A stretch of DNA of 64,000 bases from a virus (Duplodnaviria > Heunggongvirae > Uroviricota > Caudoviricetes): positions 234,321 to 298,320 of the IMG/VR virus record IMGVR_UViG_3300020156_000001; one strand, written 5' to 3'. Shown here one piece after another: positions 9,016 through 18,096 of this stretch. Both the position numbers and the translations under genes were made by a program. The stretch's first letter is position 1. The number at the start of each line of letters is the position of its first letter. The notes under the pieces were generated by a model, which saw nothing but the letters and a program-made list of their open reading frames with translations, was not told the origin of the DNA and ran no database searches.

Positions 9016-9483
9016 ATGGGTCGCCCACTAAAGAAGACATTTTTCGGTTCGCCAGCAACTGGCGGTAAGCAGCTAGTTCTTTCCTACGCTTGGCTCGAAG
9101 GTTCTACAGAAGCAGAAGAAGGCTTCTGGATCGTTCGCCAAGTTGGTACAGGTCGTTTCCAGGTTACTAACGGCACTAAGACTGGCGTTGTAAAGCTAGT
9201 TGACGCACTTCCAAATGCAGCTGGCGAAGGTGTTATCATAGTTAAGCCTTTCGGCGCAACTCAGGAAGAATACGCTCGCAAGATTCACAATCGTACAGTT
9301 GTTACTTTTGACGGTAACACATACAAGTGGTCTGCTGAAGCTGCTGAAGAAGTTGGTCAGGCTGACTTCACATTCGAAGCTTGGAACGATCCACTAGACG
9401 TAGTTGAAGATGAGCCAGTGGTAACGCCACCGGTTGTTGATCCAGACACCGACGGTGACACTGATCCAGACGCTGGTCTATAA
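9016..9483 (+). CDS. Probable virion structural protein
   Basis: MGRPLKKTFFG N-terminus; strong RBS taaggag; TAAATA upstream; terminator downstream. Confidence 0.55.
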   Translation: MGRPLKKTFFGSPATGGKQLVLSYAWLEGSTEAEEGFWIVRQVGTGRFQVTNGTKTGVVKLVDALPNAAGEGVIIVKPFGATQEEYARKIHNRTVVTFDGNTYKWSAEAAEEVGQADFTFEAWNDPLDVVEDEPVVTPPVVDPDTDGDTDPDAGL

Positions 9484-9486
9484 TAA

Positions 9487-9514
9487 AAAAGCCCGGAAGA
9501 GATTCCGGGCTTTT
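9487..9514. terminator. Bidirectional intrinsic terminator
   Basis: aaaagcccggaa-gaga-ttccgggctttt between convergent genes. Confidence 0.8.
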
Positions 9515-9521
9515 CCATGAC

Positions 9522-9734
9522 TTACAGAACGCGAACAGTTACGATCACGTTGGCTGTGCCATCAAGTTGATAGTGATATCGTACGTGAAGAACTTCACCC
9601 GAGTCACCACCTACGCGAACTTCGCATCCCTTGCGTGGGATAACATCGGTTTCAATAGTCCGATCGGGAGAAGCTTCTGAGGAATACTCACCACTACGGC
9701 CGCGAGTTCTAAAACGGAAAGTTACCTTTGCCAT
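9522..9734 (-). CDS. Small hypothetical protein (paralog A)
   Basis: 70 aa; similar to the adjacent ORF. Confidence 0.55.
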   Translation of the reverse strand: MAKVTFRFRTRGRSGEYSSEASPDRTIETDVIPRKGCEVRVGGDSGEVLHVRYHYQLDGTANVIVTVRVL

Positions 9735-9952
9735 TAGAGAGCCTGGAACGTAACAGTGATAACCTGCTTACGCGGCCAACGACCGATTCGTGCTACGGAA
9801 TCAAAGTCGTGATCCACTTGGACAACTTTGCCACGTGAGGAATCAAGCGTGATGATTTCGCCGATCCGTGGAACAACTTCCGCTTCCACTTCAATTGGAT
9901 CCTCAACTTGTTCACCACGAGTGTTGAGAAAACGGAATGTTATGCTGGGCAT
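9734..9952 (-). CDS. Small hypothetical protein (paralog B)
   Basis: 72 aa; RBS taaggaga; similar to the adjacent ORF. Confidence 0.55.
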   Translation of the reverse strand: MPSITFRFLNTRGEQVEDPIEVEAEVVPRIGEIITLDSSRGKVVQVDHDFDSVARIGRWPRKQVITVTFQAL

Positions 9953-9963
9953 GTTCGATCTCC

Positions 9964-10137
9964 TTATTCCGAATAAGTTGAGAATGCTTCATCAGTCGAA
10001 GCTTCAAGCTTTTCTCGTAGATGCACCCACTGTTCGCGCCAGCTGTCATCGGGTGTTGCCTGCTGTTCAGCCACGCTTTGCAACAGCTCAGCTACCTCAT
10101 CCAGCAGGTCTTCAAAATGCGATTGCTTGGTGGCCAT
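9964..10137 (-). CDS. Small acidic hypothetical protein (57 aa, below track cutoff)
   Basis: RBS aaggag; MATKQSHFEDLLDEVAELLQSVAEQQATPDDSWREQWVHLREKLEASTDEAFSTYSE; fills the operon gap. Confidence 0.5.
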   Translation of the reverse strand: MATKQSHFEDLLDEVAELLQSVAEQQATPDDSWREQWVHLREKLEASTDEAFSTYSE

Positions 10138-10148
10138 GTCGGATCTCC

Positions 10149-10334
10149 TTAAGCGGCGATTTCGTAGGATTCGACCACATATTCCATGTAATCGTTCTTC
10201 TGTTCCTCGGTTAGCGTCTTCGTCAAACGCTTGGCTTCAGCTTCGGCCTTTGCCTTGCTCAGGTAGGGAGTGAGGTTCGTGTTGACCCACTCGTCCATTG
10301 GCTTTGAAGTGCGAATGACCATATGAATCTGCAT
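10149..10334 (-). CDS. Small hypothetical protein
   Basis: 61 aa; RBS aaggaga. Confidence 0.55.
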   Translation of the reverse strand: MQIHMVIRTSKPMDEWVNTNLTPYLSKAKAEAEAKRLTKTLTEEQKNDYMEYVVESYEIAA

Positions 10335-10344
10335 CGGTGTCTCC

Positions 10345-10551
10345 TTACTCGGCTTCGGTTTCGATTACATCAGTATAGCAGTACCGATACTTATCGCGAA
10401 TTTGTTCCTGGATTTTCTTTTCGACTGCATTTGCGTGGTCGCGGTCACCGATAACAACACGCTCAACTTTGGCGTCTTCACCAAAGCGGGCTTCATCATC
10501 ATGTGTGCCGTACCAGTACGACATAATAACGTAAGCCTTTTGCATCATCAT
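10345..10551 (-). CDS. Small hypothetical protein
   Basis: 68 aa; RBS taggaga; downstream of an early promoter. Confidence 0.55.
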   Translation of the reverse strand: MMMQKAYVIMSYWYGTHDDEARFGEDAKVERVVIGDRDHANAVEKKIQEQIRDKYRYCYTDVIETEAE

Positions 10552-10574
10552 CTCCTATTCCTGTTTCTGTATTC

Positions 10575-10602
10575 ACAGTAACATAGGAATAGGAAGTGTC
10601 AA
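10575..10602 (-). promoter_or_regulatory. Early sigma70-like promoter
   Basis: TTGACA-cttcctattcctatgt (16 nt)-TACTGT. Confidence 0.6.
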
Positions 10603-10609
10603 CCAGTAA

Positions 10610-10996
10610 TTACCGCTTGATGAAGAAGATATTTTTGTTTGCGATTGTGGCTTCGTGAATGAATTCGTTGATCACTGCTTGAACCCCAGGAGCAGCTTGA
10701 TCAAACTCGTCGAGGATGATAATGCGAGTTTTTGCACCTGGATTTGTAAAGCTCAAAGTGGCCCAGGGGTGAGCGTAACGAACGATGCCATCACTACCGA
10801 TAAGAGACTGGGGCTCGACGTCTTCCACAAGAAGATAGATCGCCCGAATGTCTTGAAAATCATACTCTTCGTTGTCGAAGTGTTCGGCAAGTGCATGAGT
10901 TGTCCCCATGCCAGGGCGCTTGAGTTCCTTTGGAAGCACGATGTCTTTGTTATTGGCTTGAATCTGTTCGAGAACAAATGCAACAACCGGCTTCAT
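10610..10996 (-). CDS. Small protein with degenerate P-loop NTPase motifs
   Basis: RPGMGTT (Walker A-like, no Lys) and IIILDEFD (Walker B-like); RBS aaggaga. Confidence 0.45.
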   Translation of the reverse strand: MKPVVAFVLEQIQANNKDIVLPKELKRPGMGTTHALAEHFDNEEYDFQDIRAIYLLVEDVEPQSLIGSDGIVRYAHPWATLSFTNPGAKTRIIILDEFDQAAPGVQAVINEFIHEATIANKNIFFIKR

Positions 10997-11024
10997 ATCG
11001 ATCTCCTTTGCTTCCTATGTTCTG

Positions 11025-11052
11025 AACATAACACAGGATAGGAAGATGTCAA
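11025..11052 (-). promoter_or_regulatory. Early sigma70-like promoter
   Basis: TTGACA-tcttcctatcctgtgt (16 nt)-TATGTT; spacer nearly identical to the promoter at 10575. Confidence 0.6.
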
Positions 11053-11324
11053 CGCCTAATTTTGATTGCGAACACACAAACGGGGAGAGGACCAAAATGG
11101 GGATGGGTGATGAAGGCTGCGGAATAGCCGTGGTATGGGAATTCCATTCGGCGTTCCATATCATCGCGTTTGGGGTAACCTTTGGTGAATACGATCTTGT
11201 CGTATTGGCGACCTACTAGACGTTTCTTCCAGTAATCGTTAATCATACGATATTCCTCAGTCTTAGTTCCCGCTTTGATTGCATCAAAATATTCGGCTTT
11301 CAGACTGAGGTATAACGTAGACAT
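11049..11324 (-). CDS. ASCH domain protein
   Basis: LYLSLKAEYFDAIKAGTKTEEYR is the ASCH signature. Confidence 0.85.
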   Translation of the reverse strand: MSTLYLSLKAEYFDAIKAGTKTEEYRMINDYWKKRLVGRQYDKIVFTKGYPKRDDMERRMEFPYHGYSAAFITHPHFGPLPVCVFAIKIRR

Positions 11325-11327
11325 GTT

Positions 11328-11828
11328 TTAGACCATTTGTGTGATATCGAGGGACTCAGGTATTTTGTTTACATCCTTAACGAAGTAAACGCAAAGAGGC
11401 TTTTCAGTGTTTTCCAGAGGAACAGCCAAAATGTGCCCGTATTTGAGCTTTGGGAAGTACCACTTGACATCAGGAAACACGTTCATGATCTCAATGTCTA
11501 GAAACTCCGGCATATATCCGTTGATTGGGTTCAACGCAAACGCATCAAACTCTCTGTCATTCAGCTGCTTTAAGCTGATAACTTCGAGATCACCCGAGTG
11601 CTTGTCTCCGATAACGATAGACCAATCCGATGGCATTTGGATACGATAATCACCGATACGTAGGTCAACTGCACTTTTGTTAAAGGATTCCAAGAACAAC
11701 AATGGGATAAAGATGTAGTCCACATTATTGGAGTCCGTATAGTCGAGCACGCAATAGCGGATATCATCAACTTCATCGGGAATGTCATTCATTGAGAATG
11801 GCTTGTTGTCAACTGTTAGGATTTTCAT
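11328..11828 (-). CDS. Hypothetical protein
   Basis: 166 aa; translationally coupled to uvsW. Confidence 0.6.
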   Translation of the reverse strand: MKILTVDNKPFSMNDIPDEVDDIRYCVLDYTDSNNVDYIFIPLLFLESFNKSAVDLRIGDYRIQMPSDWSIVIGDKHSGDLEVISLKQLNDREFDAFALNPINGYMPEFLDIEIMNVFPDVKWYFPKLKYGHILAVPLENTEKPLCVYFVKDVNKIPESLDITQMV

Positions 11829-13333
11829 TTCGTCTTTCCACTATCGTAGAGCATTTCGCCACGTAGATAGTCGACCTTCTTGGTCTGGTATGGGTATTGT
11901 GCTTCCTTGTAAAACTTCTTGCGCTTTGTCAGGTGAGACGCGCTGAACTTACAAGTTGATGATACGTCGTAGATCTGAACAAAGTCCTTGTCCTTGGCCT
12001 TACGAATGCCACGACCAATACTTTGGATAACGCGAACAAAGCTCTTGCCTGGTTCGATTAGGATCAAGTTGAAGATACGAGGAATATTGATACCCACGGC
12101 CGCAACACCATATGTGGCAATAATCGCCATATTGTCTTTGCTGCTGGCGTCATCGTAGGTTTCGTTACGTTCCGCACTTTTTACGCCGCCGCTGATAAAC
12201 TGTGAATCAGGAACCATATCCTGTAGTTCCTTACCCGTGCTTACACGATTAACAAGAACCAGCGTGTTACCTTCCAAACGTTTATGTTGGATAAATCCAG
12301 CAAGCCATTCCAGCTTGTTCCGGTCTGTTACGAGAAACTCATACTCTTCATGGAAGCTTGCAAACTCTGCGGAATCCATCATTTGGAGAAGTTCCACATT
12401 GCACTGAGCAAGTACGCCCTTGTCCATAAGCTGCTTTGCTGCGAGCTTGTTAACTACTGGGCCAATACTGGAGAGGATTGTATCTGCGGCGTGTGGTTCC
12501 TTGGGAATGGTACCTGTGAGACCCCAACGAATTGGAATATTTGCAAACGCACCAGCCATCATGTTCTTCAACACATCAGCCTTGGCTTGGTGTGCTTCGT
12601 CAATCATAATGCAAACAACGTCTTCGATAAAATCAGCAAAGTCCACAGCATTGGTTTTAGTCTTTGCTGTTGTGCCCTTTGCAATACGATCCAACGATTG
12701 CCATGTGCAGATTGTATGGGTTTTACCGATGTCTTTGCGGTCGCCATAGTAGACGCCAACATCCAGTCCTAGGTTCTTGTAGTCCTTTTCAGTCTGTTCA
12801 ACGAGACTCTTGTTGGGAACAATAACCAGCGTGCGTCCATAAGCCTCACAAAGATGGCTTAGAGTTGCCGTTAGCAGGGTTTTACCCGCACCAGTTGCAA
12901 TTTCCTGAAGGCTTTGAGGATTCTCAATAAACGTCTTGATAATCTCAACCTGATAATCACGGAGCATGATTGGCTGGCCTTCCGCGGGATGACCCTTTGG
13001 CCATACCGAGTTTGGCATAAAGTCCGTGCAGTAGGACTCATCCACATCCGGAAACTCGAAAGTTCTCGGTACCCGATGGTCAATCAGTTCAATTTCATAT
13101 CCGCTTTCGAGAATAATCGGAAGAACCCGATCCAGCATGTTTACGTATGTGTTACCATTAACCGCAAACAAGCTGACAGTACCATCCCAACGTCCAAGCT
13201 TGAACGCAGGAGTGTGACGTGCATGAGGCAAAAAGTGTTTTAGAGCATCATGGCACTTACGACGCACCAAAGGCTCTAGATCTACGAACGAGGCATTAAC
13301 CTCGTCATGGATTTCTAATTTACAGATTTTCAC
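11825..13333 (-). CDS. uvsW: UvsW-like SF2 DNA helicase
   Basis: LRDYQ, ATGAGKT, IDEAHQ, GLTGT, GINIPRI and QSIGRGIR. Confidence 0.9.
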   Translation of the reverse strand: MKICKLEIHDEVNASFVDLEPLVRRKCHDALKHFLPHARHTPAFKLGRWDGTVSLFAVNGNTYVNMLDRVLPIILESGYEIELIDHRVPRTFEFPDVDESYCTDFMPNSVWPKGHPAEGQPIMLRDYQVEIIKTFIENPQSLQEIATGAGKTLLTATLSHLCEAYGRTLVIVPNKSLVEQTEKDYKNLGLDVGVYYGDRKDIGKTHTICTWQSLDRIAKGTTAKTKTNAVDFADFIEDVVCIMIDEAHQAKADVLKNMMAGAFANIPIRWGLTGTIPKEPHAADTILSSIGPVVNKLAAKQLMDKGVLAQCNVELLQMMDSAEFASFHEEYEFLVTDRNKLEWLAGFIQHKRLEGNTLVLVNRVSTGKELQDMVPDSQFISGGVKSAERNETYDDASSKDNMAIIATYGVAAVGINIPRIFNLILIEPGKSFVRVIQSIGRGIRKAKDKDFVQIYDVSSTCKFSASHLTKRKKFYKEAQYPYQTKKVDYLRGEMLYDSGKTK

Positions 13334-13384
13334 GATGGACCTTTTTATTATTACTTATCGTTTCAGGTCACGTCGTTTATATAC

Positions 13385-13420
13385 AAAACGACCTTATTCC
13401 CAATTTACAGGAATAAGGTC
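13385..13420 (-). terminator. Intrinsic terminator
   Basis: 11-bp stem gaccttattcc/ggaataaggtc followed by GUUUU on the minus strand. Confidence 0.6.
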
Positions 13421-13452
13421 ATTGGAGTCAATTTCTATTAAGGATCAGTGGC

Positions 13453-14967
13453 TTAGTAATAGCCAGTTAGTACGCGCTGGGATAGCTTTTCTTCAAATGT
13501 TCCGCGCATGAGACCAAAGTGAAGGGTAAAGTTGAATGCCTTGGAAAGCTCCACAAAGTCGCCAACTTCAGCACCCGAATATGGAAATTCACAAAGCACA
13601 ACATGATGCGTTTGTGAGATAACTTCGCCTGGCAAACCGATAAAGTCATCGGTTACCATCAGCGCGTTATAGTTGGGTTTGAACGCCATTGGTAGGTGTT
13701 CAAAGTCCTTATAAGCTTCCGCGGGATAAACAAAGTTCGCGTACTTCTTATGCTTTTCCTGATCAAGCTCCTTGGGACTCACATATGTGGCACCCAACGA
13801 CAACATCAGGTATTTCCGAATGTTCTCGTCCTTTGTAACGAGGATCGCCTTTTCCTTTGTTGCTTTAAAGTCCTTGACCAGCCCAGTAAGCATTTGCGAC
13901 TTTAAACGCGCCCAGTGTGCGGACTTGAGGCCATCTAAGGTTTGCTGCGCATGTGTGGAACCATCCAACGCATGATCGACAATCTCATCGATCGTTGCTC
14001 CATAATCGGCAACCGCGCGGGCTTGCTGCTTACGATAACCCGTGATGATCTCGCTTCGTCGATTGCTGTGATCGCCACTGTCTACAAGCATGGAATTGCT
14101 TTGAAGGATCTTGAAGTCCTTGTATGTGCGATCCATAACCAGATTAAAGCAGACCCCGCTAGCCTCGAAAAGCCGTACAGGTTGGAACTTTCGGCCACGG
14201 CTACGAAACGATATTGCGATATCAGTAAAGCTGGTAAACACGAGGGGAATTGAAGCCACAGTCAAATGTAGCTTGAGGTAACCAGTGACCAAGCTGCTGA
14301 TATATCCGATAGTGGCTTGGTTCTGATAATCCCCAAGATTCTGCCAGAATTCAGTTGTTTCCATTATGATAGTGGCACGAGGAATTTCCCCACAAAGGGC
14401 TTCTATCGAGTCGGAAACATCATACGAAAAGTCGCACTTACCGCGTCCCACAATGATGTGGTCAATCTTATACTCGGTCACCACTGAAGTGTCGCGTGCC
14501 ATTTGCCAGCGATCAACAATCCAAACCCGCGGGGCTGTTTCGACATCGTTGTCGGTTACGTTTTCTAGCGATTTCTTTGGATCATTTGGACGGATCAGAA
14601 TAGCATCGTCGGGGCAGAAGTTTGTTAGCAGTTTGTTCCAAATACCAACATCGTGGTAATCCTTAACGTAGACGCCAATCCGCTTTGAACCCATTAGCTG
14701 GGCGCCTAACACTGCGATATGCTTGGTATAGCTGACATTGGTTGTTTCCAGCAGTACACACCGAGCATTCCAGTCCAACACGTATTGGAGTGCGTCATAT
14801 TCTCTATTAGAGAACTGTAGAGCGTTGGGGAGCTCATCCCTGTTGTAGCTATAAGTGCCAGCAACTTCGCGTACACGGCTGTCTATGGGCGTTCCTGTGA
14901 TTTCAGCCATACGCATGACATGGCGTGCCCACTTACCATTCAACGGATATCGAACGCGATCATACAT
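13453..14967 (-). CDS. Hypothetical protein (possibly degenerate two-lobed helicase-like)
   Basis: Start reassigned to MYDRVRY (ATG 14967, coupled to the upstream stop); no intact Walker motifs. Confidence 0.5.
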   Translation of the reverse strand: MYDRVRYPLNGKWARHVMRMAEITGTPIDSRVREVAGTYSYNRDELPNALQFSNREYDALQYVLDWNARCVLLETTNVSYTKHIAVLGAQLMGSKRIGVYVKDYHDVGIWNKLLTNFCPDDAILIRPNDPKKSLENVTDNDVETAPRVWIVDRWQMARDTSVVTEYKIDHIIVGRGKCDFSYDVSDSIEALCGEIPRATIIMETTEFWQNLGDYQNQATIGYISSLVTGYLKLHLTVASIPLVFTSFTDIAISFRSRGRKFQPVRLFEASGVCFNLVMDRTYKDFKILQSNSMLVDSGDHSNRRSEIITGYRKQQARAVADYGATIDEIVDHALDGSTHAQQTLDGLKSAHWARLKSQMLTGLVKDFKATKEKAILVTKDENIRKYLMLSLGATYVSPKELDQEKHKKYANFVYPAEAYKDFEHLPMAFKPNYNALMVTDDFIGLPGEVISQTHHVVLCEFPYSGAEVGDFVELSKAFNFTLHFGLMRGTFEEKLSQRVLTGYY

Positions 14968-15634
14968 CTCTAAGCCACTCCATGTGTGCGATCCATTCCG
15001 TTGCCAATATGTCGTTGTTGATGCTGACAACAATCTCATCACCCTCAACACTAATTGAGGATGGTACCTTCAAGTTGTTCTCAATTTCCAAGAACAGCTT
15101 GAGCACATCATCGTCATAGGAAAAATCGTGAGCCTGGATTACTCGCATTACTTCTTTGTAATTGGTTGAGTCCAGCGTAACCCGCCACATTTTCATGTTC
15201 TTCACAGGCAAAGCCCGTGTAAGGTCCGCAAGCTCTGACCGTAAAGCTCGGAGTGAATCGGTAATGCCTTGATTGAAGGAGAAACGGAATAGAAGGTTGG
15301 GGCCACCAGCCCAGCGGACTTCGCGTTTGACTTGCACGCTTTGGTGCAATTCTTTCCGGTACTTTGGGAATTGGATTAGGTTCTCAACCAAAGGAATGTC
15401 AAAGTCACCGAATAGGTCCACATACTTGGCGATGACTTTGACAACTGTTGCGGCTTGTGCCGTACTGAGTGGAGAACCAGTTCGGGTGTGTTTGGCAACA
15501 CTTCCTATAAATTTCTGATCCCACTCACTAACCACAGCCTGCGCATGTTGGGCTTGCGGTGATGGAGAAAAGCTAAACGGAGTCAGATACGACTCAAGCT
15601 TCTCTAAACAATCCTCGATACTCTTCAACTTCAA
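14960..15634 (-). CDS. Hypothetical protein
   Basis: 224-aa ORF in the recombination operon. Confidence 0.55.
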   Translation of the reverse strand: MKLKSIEDCLEKLESYLTPFSFSPSPQAQHAQAVVSEWDQKFIGSVAKHTRTGSPLSTAQAATVVKVIAKYVDLFGDFDIPLVENLIQFPKYRKELHQSVQVKREVRWAGGPNLLFRFSFNQGITDSLRALRSELADLTRALPVKNMKMWRVTLDSTNYKEVMRVIQAHDFSYDDDVLKLFLEIENNLKVPSSISVEGDEIVVSINNDILATEWIAHMEWLRDV

Positions 15635-16067
15635 TAACCTTCAAATCACCAACCATTAACTTTGCTAACATAGCATCGTCTTTGGTGTCAAAATTGAAAA
15701 CTATCAAATACTTCGAGTTCATGTAAAAATAATCTGTTCCGCCCTGTGCGTTAGGTTCAAATTCGTCGTTTTCCAAAACGGTCCACTGGAAATTGAAACC
15801 CTGTTCACAAAGCGAATTTACCGCATGTATGATTTGTTTGCGATACTGCCTTACAGGTTCAATAAGCCAGCCAAACAAGCTTGACTTTTCGTTTACACAA
15901 AGCAATAGAACGTCTGCGGTTACTAGACCATTAACTGGGCCATCCTCAGCAAATAGCTCGGTATGATCGGTATCGGTCATGTCGATGATGAGACGTCCAG
16001 CATTGTGCTGCATAAACGCGGCATTAACGTGGCCGCGTTTTGCAAATTCATACCGAGTAAATTGCAT
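15594..16067 (-). CDS. Hypothetical protein with C-terminal F-x-x-K-x-DA-x-x-x-KL motif
   Basis: FNFDTKDDAMLAKL; coupled to uvsY. Confidence 0.55.
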   Translation of the reverse strand: MQFTRYEFAKRGHVNAAFMQHNAGRLIIDMTDTDHTELFAEDGPVNGLVTADVLLLCVNEKSSLFGWLIEPVRQYRKQIIHAVNSLCEQGFNFQWTVLENDEFEPNAQGGTDYFYMNSKYLIVFNFDTKDDAMLAKLMVGDLKVIEVEEYRGLFREA

Positions 16068-16537
16068 CAGTGGACCTCAAAGTCTTCCATACCAGCGACC
16101 TTCAACTTGACCAAGTTGTTGATCTGCCAATGCTTGTATTCCAACCCCTTCATAATACCCATGTAGGAGTTACGCACAAGTGCTACCTGATTGATCAGCA
16201 TGGCTAGCTCGATAACGTCGGAATCCGCATCTGCGTAAATTGCAGCGTCACGGCTACTAAGGGTGCGATTGTAAGCTTCTAGAAAGCCCTTGAACGCCTT
16301 TGCCTTTGCCTTTGTATGCTTGATTTCCAAGAACTTGAGAATAGCCTCAACTTCCTGATATTGATTGAAGCGATGCTCTACAATACCTGGAAGCTGAGAA
16401 CTAGCCTTTTCAACACTTCCGGTGAGCTTGACTTCACGCTTGGCCAGTTCGATTTCTTGTTCGAAATATAAAACAGCATCCACAATTGGACTCATATCGT
16501 CCGGGTTTGCTGAGATTCTACCGTACCATTTGCTCAT
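16067..16537 (-). CDS. uvsY: UvsY-like recombination mediator
   Basis: LPGIVEHRFNQYQEVEAIL...AIYADAD...IMKGLEYKHWQINNLVKLKVAG; near recA. Confidence 0.75.
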   Translation of the reverse strand: MSKWYGRISANPDDMSPIVDAVLYFEQEIELAKREVKLTGSVEKASSQLPGIVEHRFNQYQEVEAILKFLEIKHTKAKAKAFKGFLEAYNRTLSSRDAAIYADADSDVIELAMLINQVALVRNSYMGIMKGLEYKHWQINNLVKLKVAGMEDFEVH

Positions 16538-16587
16538 CTAAAACTCCATTAGGTTTACGCTGTTTTAACGTAAACAGATCGGAAACA

Positions 16588-16821
16588 TCAATATTCTTCT
16601 TCGTCGTCTTCGTCTTCGTCGTCGACTTCGATATAGTTTTCAAAAGCGCGGTCCAGGTAATTACATACTTCACCCTGGAGTTCCTTAGCTACTTCCTCGA
16701 CATCTACCCAATCTTCGAGGATCTTTAGCATTTTGTTGGCTGTGTCCTCGCGTTTGCCCGCTGGAATCACATCCTTAAAAGTTTCCCACAAGCTGGAAAC
16801 TAGTTCACTTTCACTGCCCAT
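16588..16821 (-). CDS. Small highly acidic protein
   Basis: 77 aa ending EVDDEDEDDEEEY. Confidence 0.6.
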   Translation of the reverse strand: MGSESELVSSLWETFKDVIPAGKREDTANKMLKILEDWVDVEEVAKELQGEVCNYLDRAFENYIEVDDEDEDDEEEY

Positions 16822-16841
16822 TTTCTTATTCCCATTAATAG

Positions 16842-16871
16842 AAAAGGGCCATCAGAACAATCGGATGGCCC
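16842..16871 (-). terminator. Intrinsic terminator after recA
   Basis: gggccatc/gatggccc stem plus U-tract on the minus strand. Confidence 0.65.
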
Positions 16872-16909
16872 CTGTAAGTTGTTCCTGCGCTATTTACGCA
16901 GGAACTAAA

Positions 16910-18019
16910 TTACTCCACGTCTGCAACTACGGCAGCCGCTTCTTCATCTGCAAGTCGCTCAGCAGCCAAACGTGCCGCTTCTGCTGCTTCCTTGCGTTGC
17001 TCTTGTTCAACAAACTCGCTCATAATGAGGTCTAGGACGTCATTGGAGTATTGCTTGCGGAACAGCTTGATTTCCTCACCGTTAAGCTTGGTGTACTTGA
17101 GCTTGTTACCATCCTTAACGATGTAACCCTTAGCTTCAAACATATCAAGCAGACCCGAATAAGGATCCATACCTGTATCCCATGGAATCTTTACTTCCAC
17201 CGACTCGAATGGCTTAGCGTAACGAGACTTCATTACCTTGATCTGACTGCGGATACCACGTACCTCAGTGACCTTGTTACCATTTTCGTCTTCCTTAAGC
17301 TTTAGCTTACGCATGGCCATAACAATGGAGCTTGCGTAGATAAAGCCCTGACCACCAGTGATCTTGTCATCGGGATCAAACATGTCCTGCGAGGCATAGG
17401 AGTGGTTCGTGCAGACGAGACCAATATCCCATTCACCAAACATGTTAACGCAGTTACGCACAAGTGCGTTCAGCGCCTTTGGCTTACGACCCATGTCGCC
17501 CTTCATTTCACCAGCTTCAAACTGGTTAACGTCGGTTGGAGTCAAAAGCATACCCAGCGAGTCCACAATAAAGAGGACCTTTGGGCGATCCGCACGAGGA
17601 GTATCCTTGTACGTGGACTTGAAGTCCTTCATGAAGTCCGCGACGATCTTTGCAACATCGTCAATCATCGCAGCGTTAATCTTCAATAGCTTGTCGTCGG
17701 ATGTGTCAACACCCAGCGCATGTAGCCAATCCGAATCCAATGCGTTTTCCGAATCAATCAGCACTACAAAGTAACCAGCTTCCTGTGCATTGCGTGCGAG
17801 GTTACCCGACGCGATGTAGGACTTGCCCGAACCCGACTGACCCGCCAGCATTGTAACCTTACCCAAAGGAATACCCTTGTTAAAGTCGGAGCTAACCGCG
17901 TAGTTGAGTGCGTAGTTACCAGTTGATACCCAGTATAGCGGATCGTTAAAGCCGATCGAAATACCATCTAGGCTCTTTGTAATGTCCTTGCGGAACTTTG
18001 AGAAATCCATAGGTTTCAT
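16910..18019 (-). CDS. recA: RecA/UvsX recombinase
   Basis: GQSGSGKS Walker A, LIDSENA, FIVDSLG, TNH and GGQGFIYASS; Ala/Glu-rich C-terminal tail. Confidence 0.92.
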   Translation of the reverse strand: MKPMDFSKFRKDITKSLDGISIGFNDPLYWVSTGNYALNYAVSSDFNKGIPLGKVTMLAGQSGSGKSYIASGNLARNAQEAGYFVVLIDSENALDSDWLHALGVDTSDDKLLKINAAMIDDVAKIVADFMKDFKSTYKDTPRADRPKVLFIVDSLGMLLTPTDVNQFEAGEMKGDMGRKPKALNALVRNCVNMFGEWDIGLVCTNHSYASQDMFDPDDKITGGQGFIYASSIVMAMRKLKLKEDENGNKVTEVRGIRSQIKVMKSRYAKPFESVEVKIPWDTGMDPYSGLLDMFEAKGYIVKDGNKLKYTKLNGEEIKLFRKQYSNDVLDLIMSEFVEQEQRKEAAEAARLAAERLADEEAAAVVADVE

Positions 18020-18066
18020 GTCATCTCCAAATATTGAGATTTAAATCACTTGATTTTTGGGAAACT

Positions 18067-18089
18067 TGTGGGGAGCTTTACTCCCCACA
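18067..18089 (-). terminator. Hairpin after SSB gene (probable terminator or processing site)
   Basis: tgtggggag-cttta-ctccccaca 9-bp stem; weak U-tract. Confidence 0.45.
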
Positions 18090-18096
18090 TGTGGGA

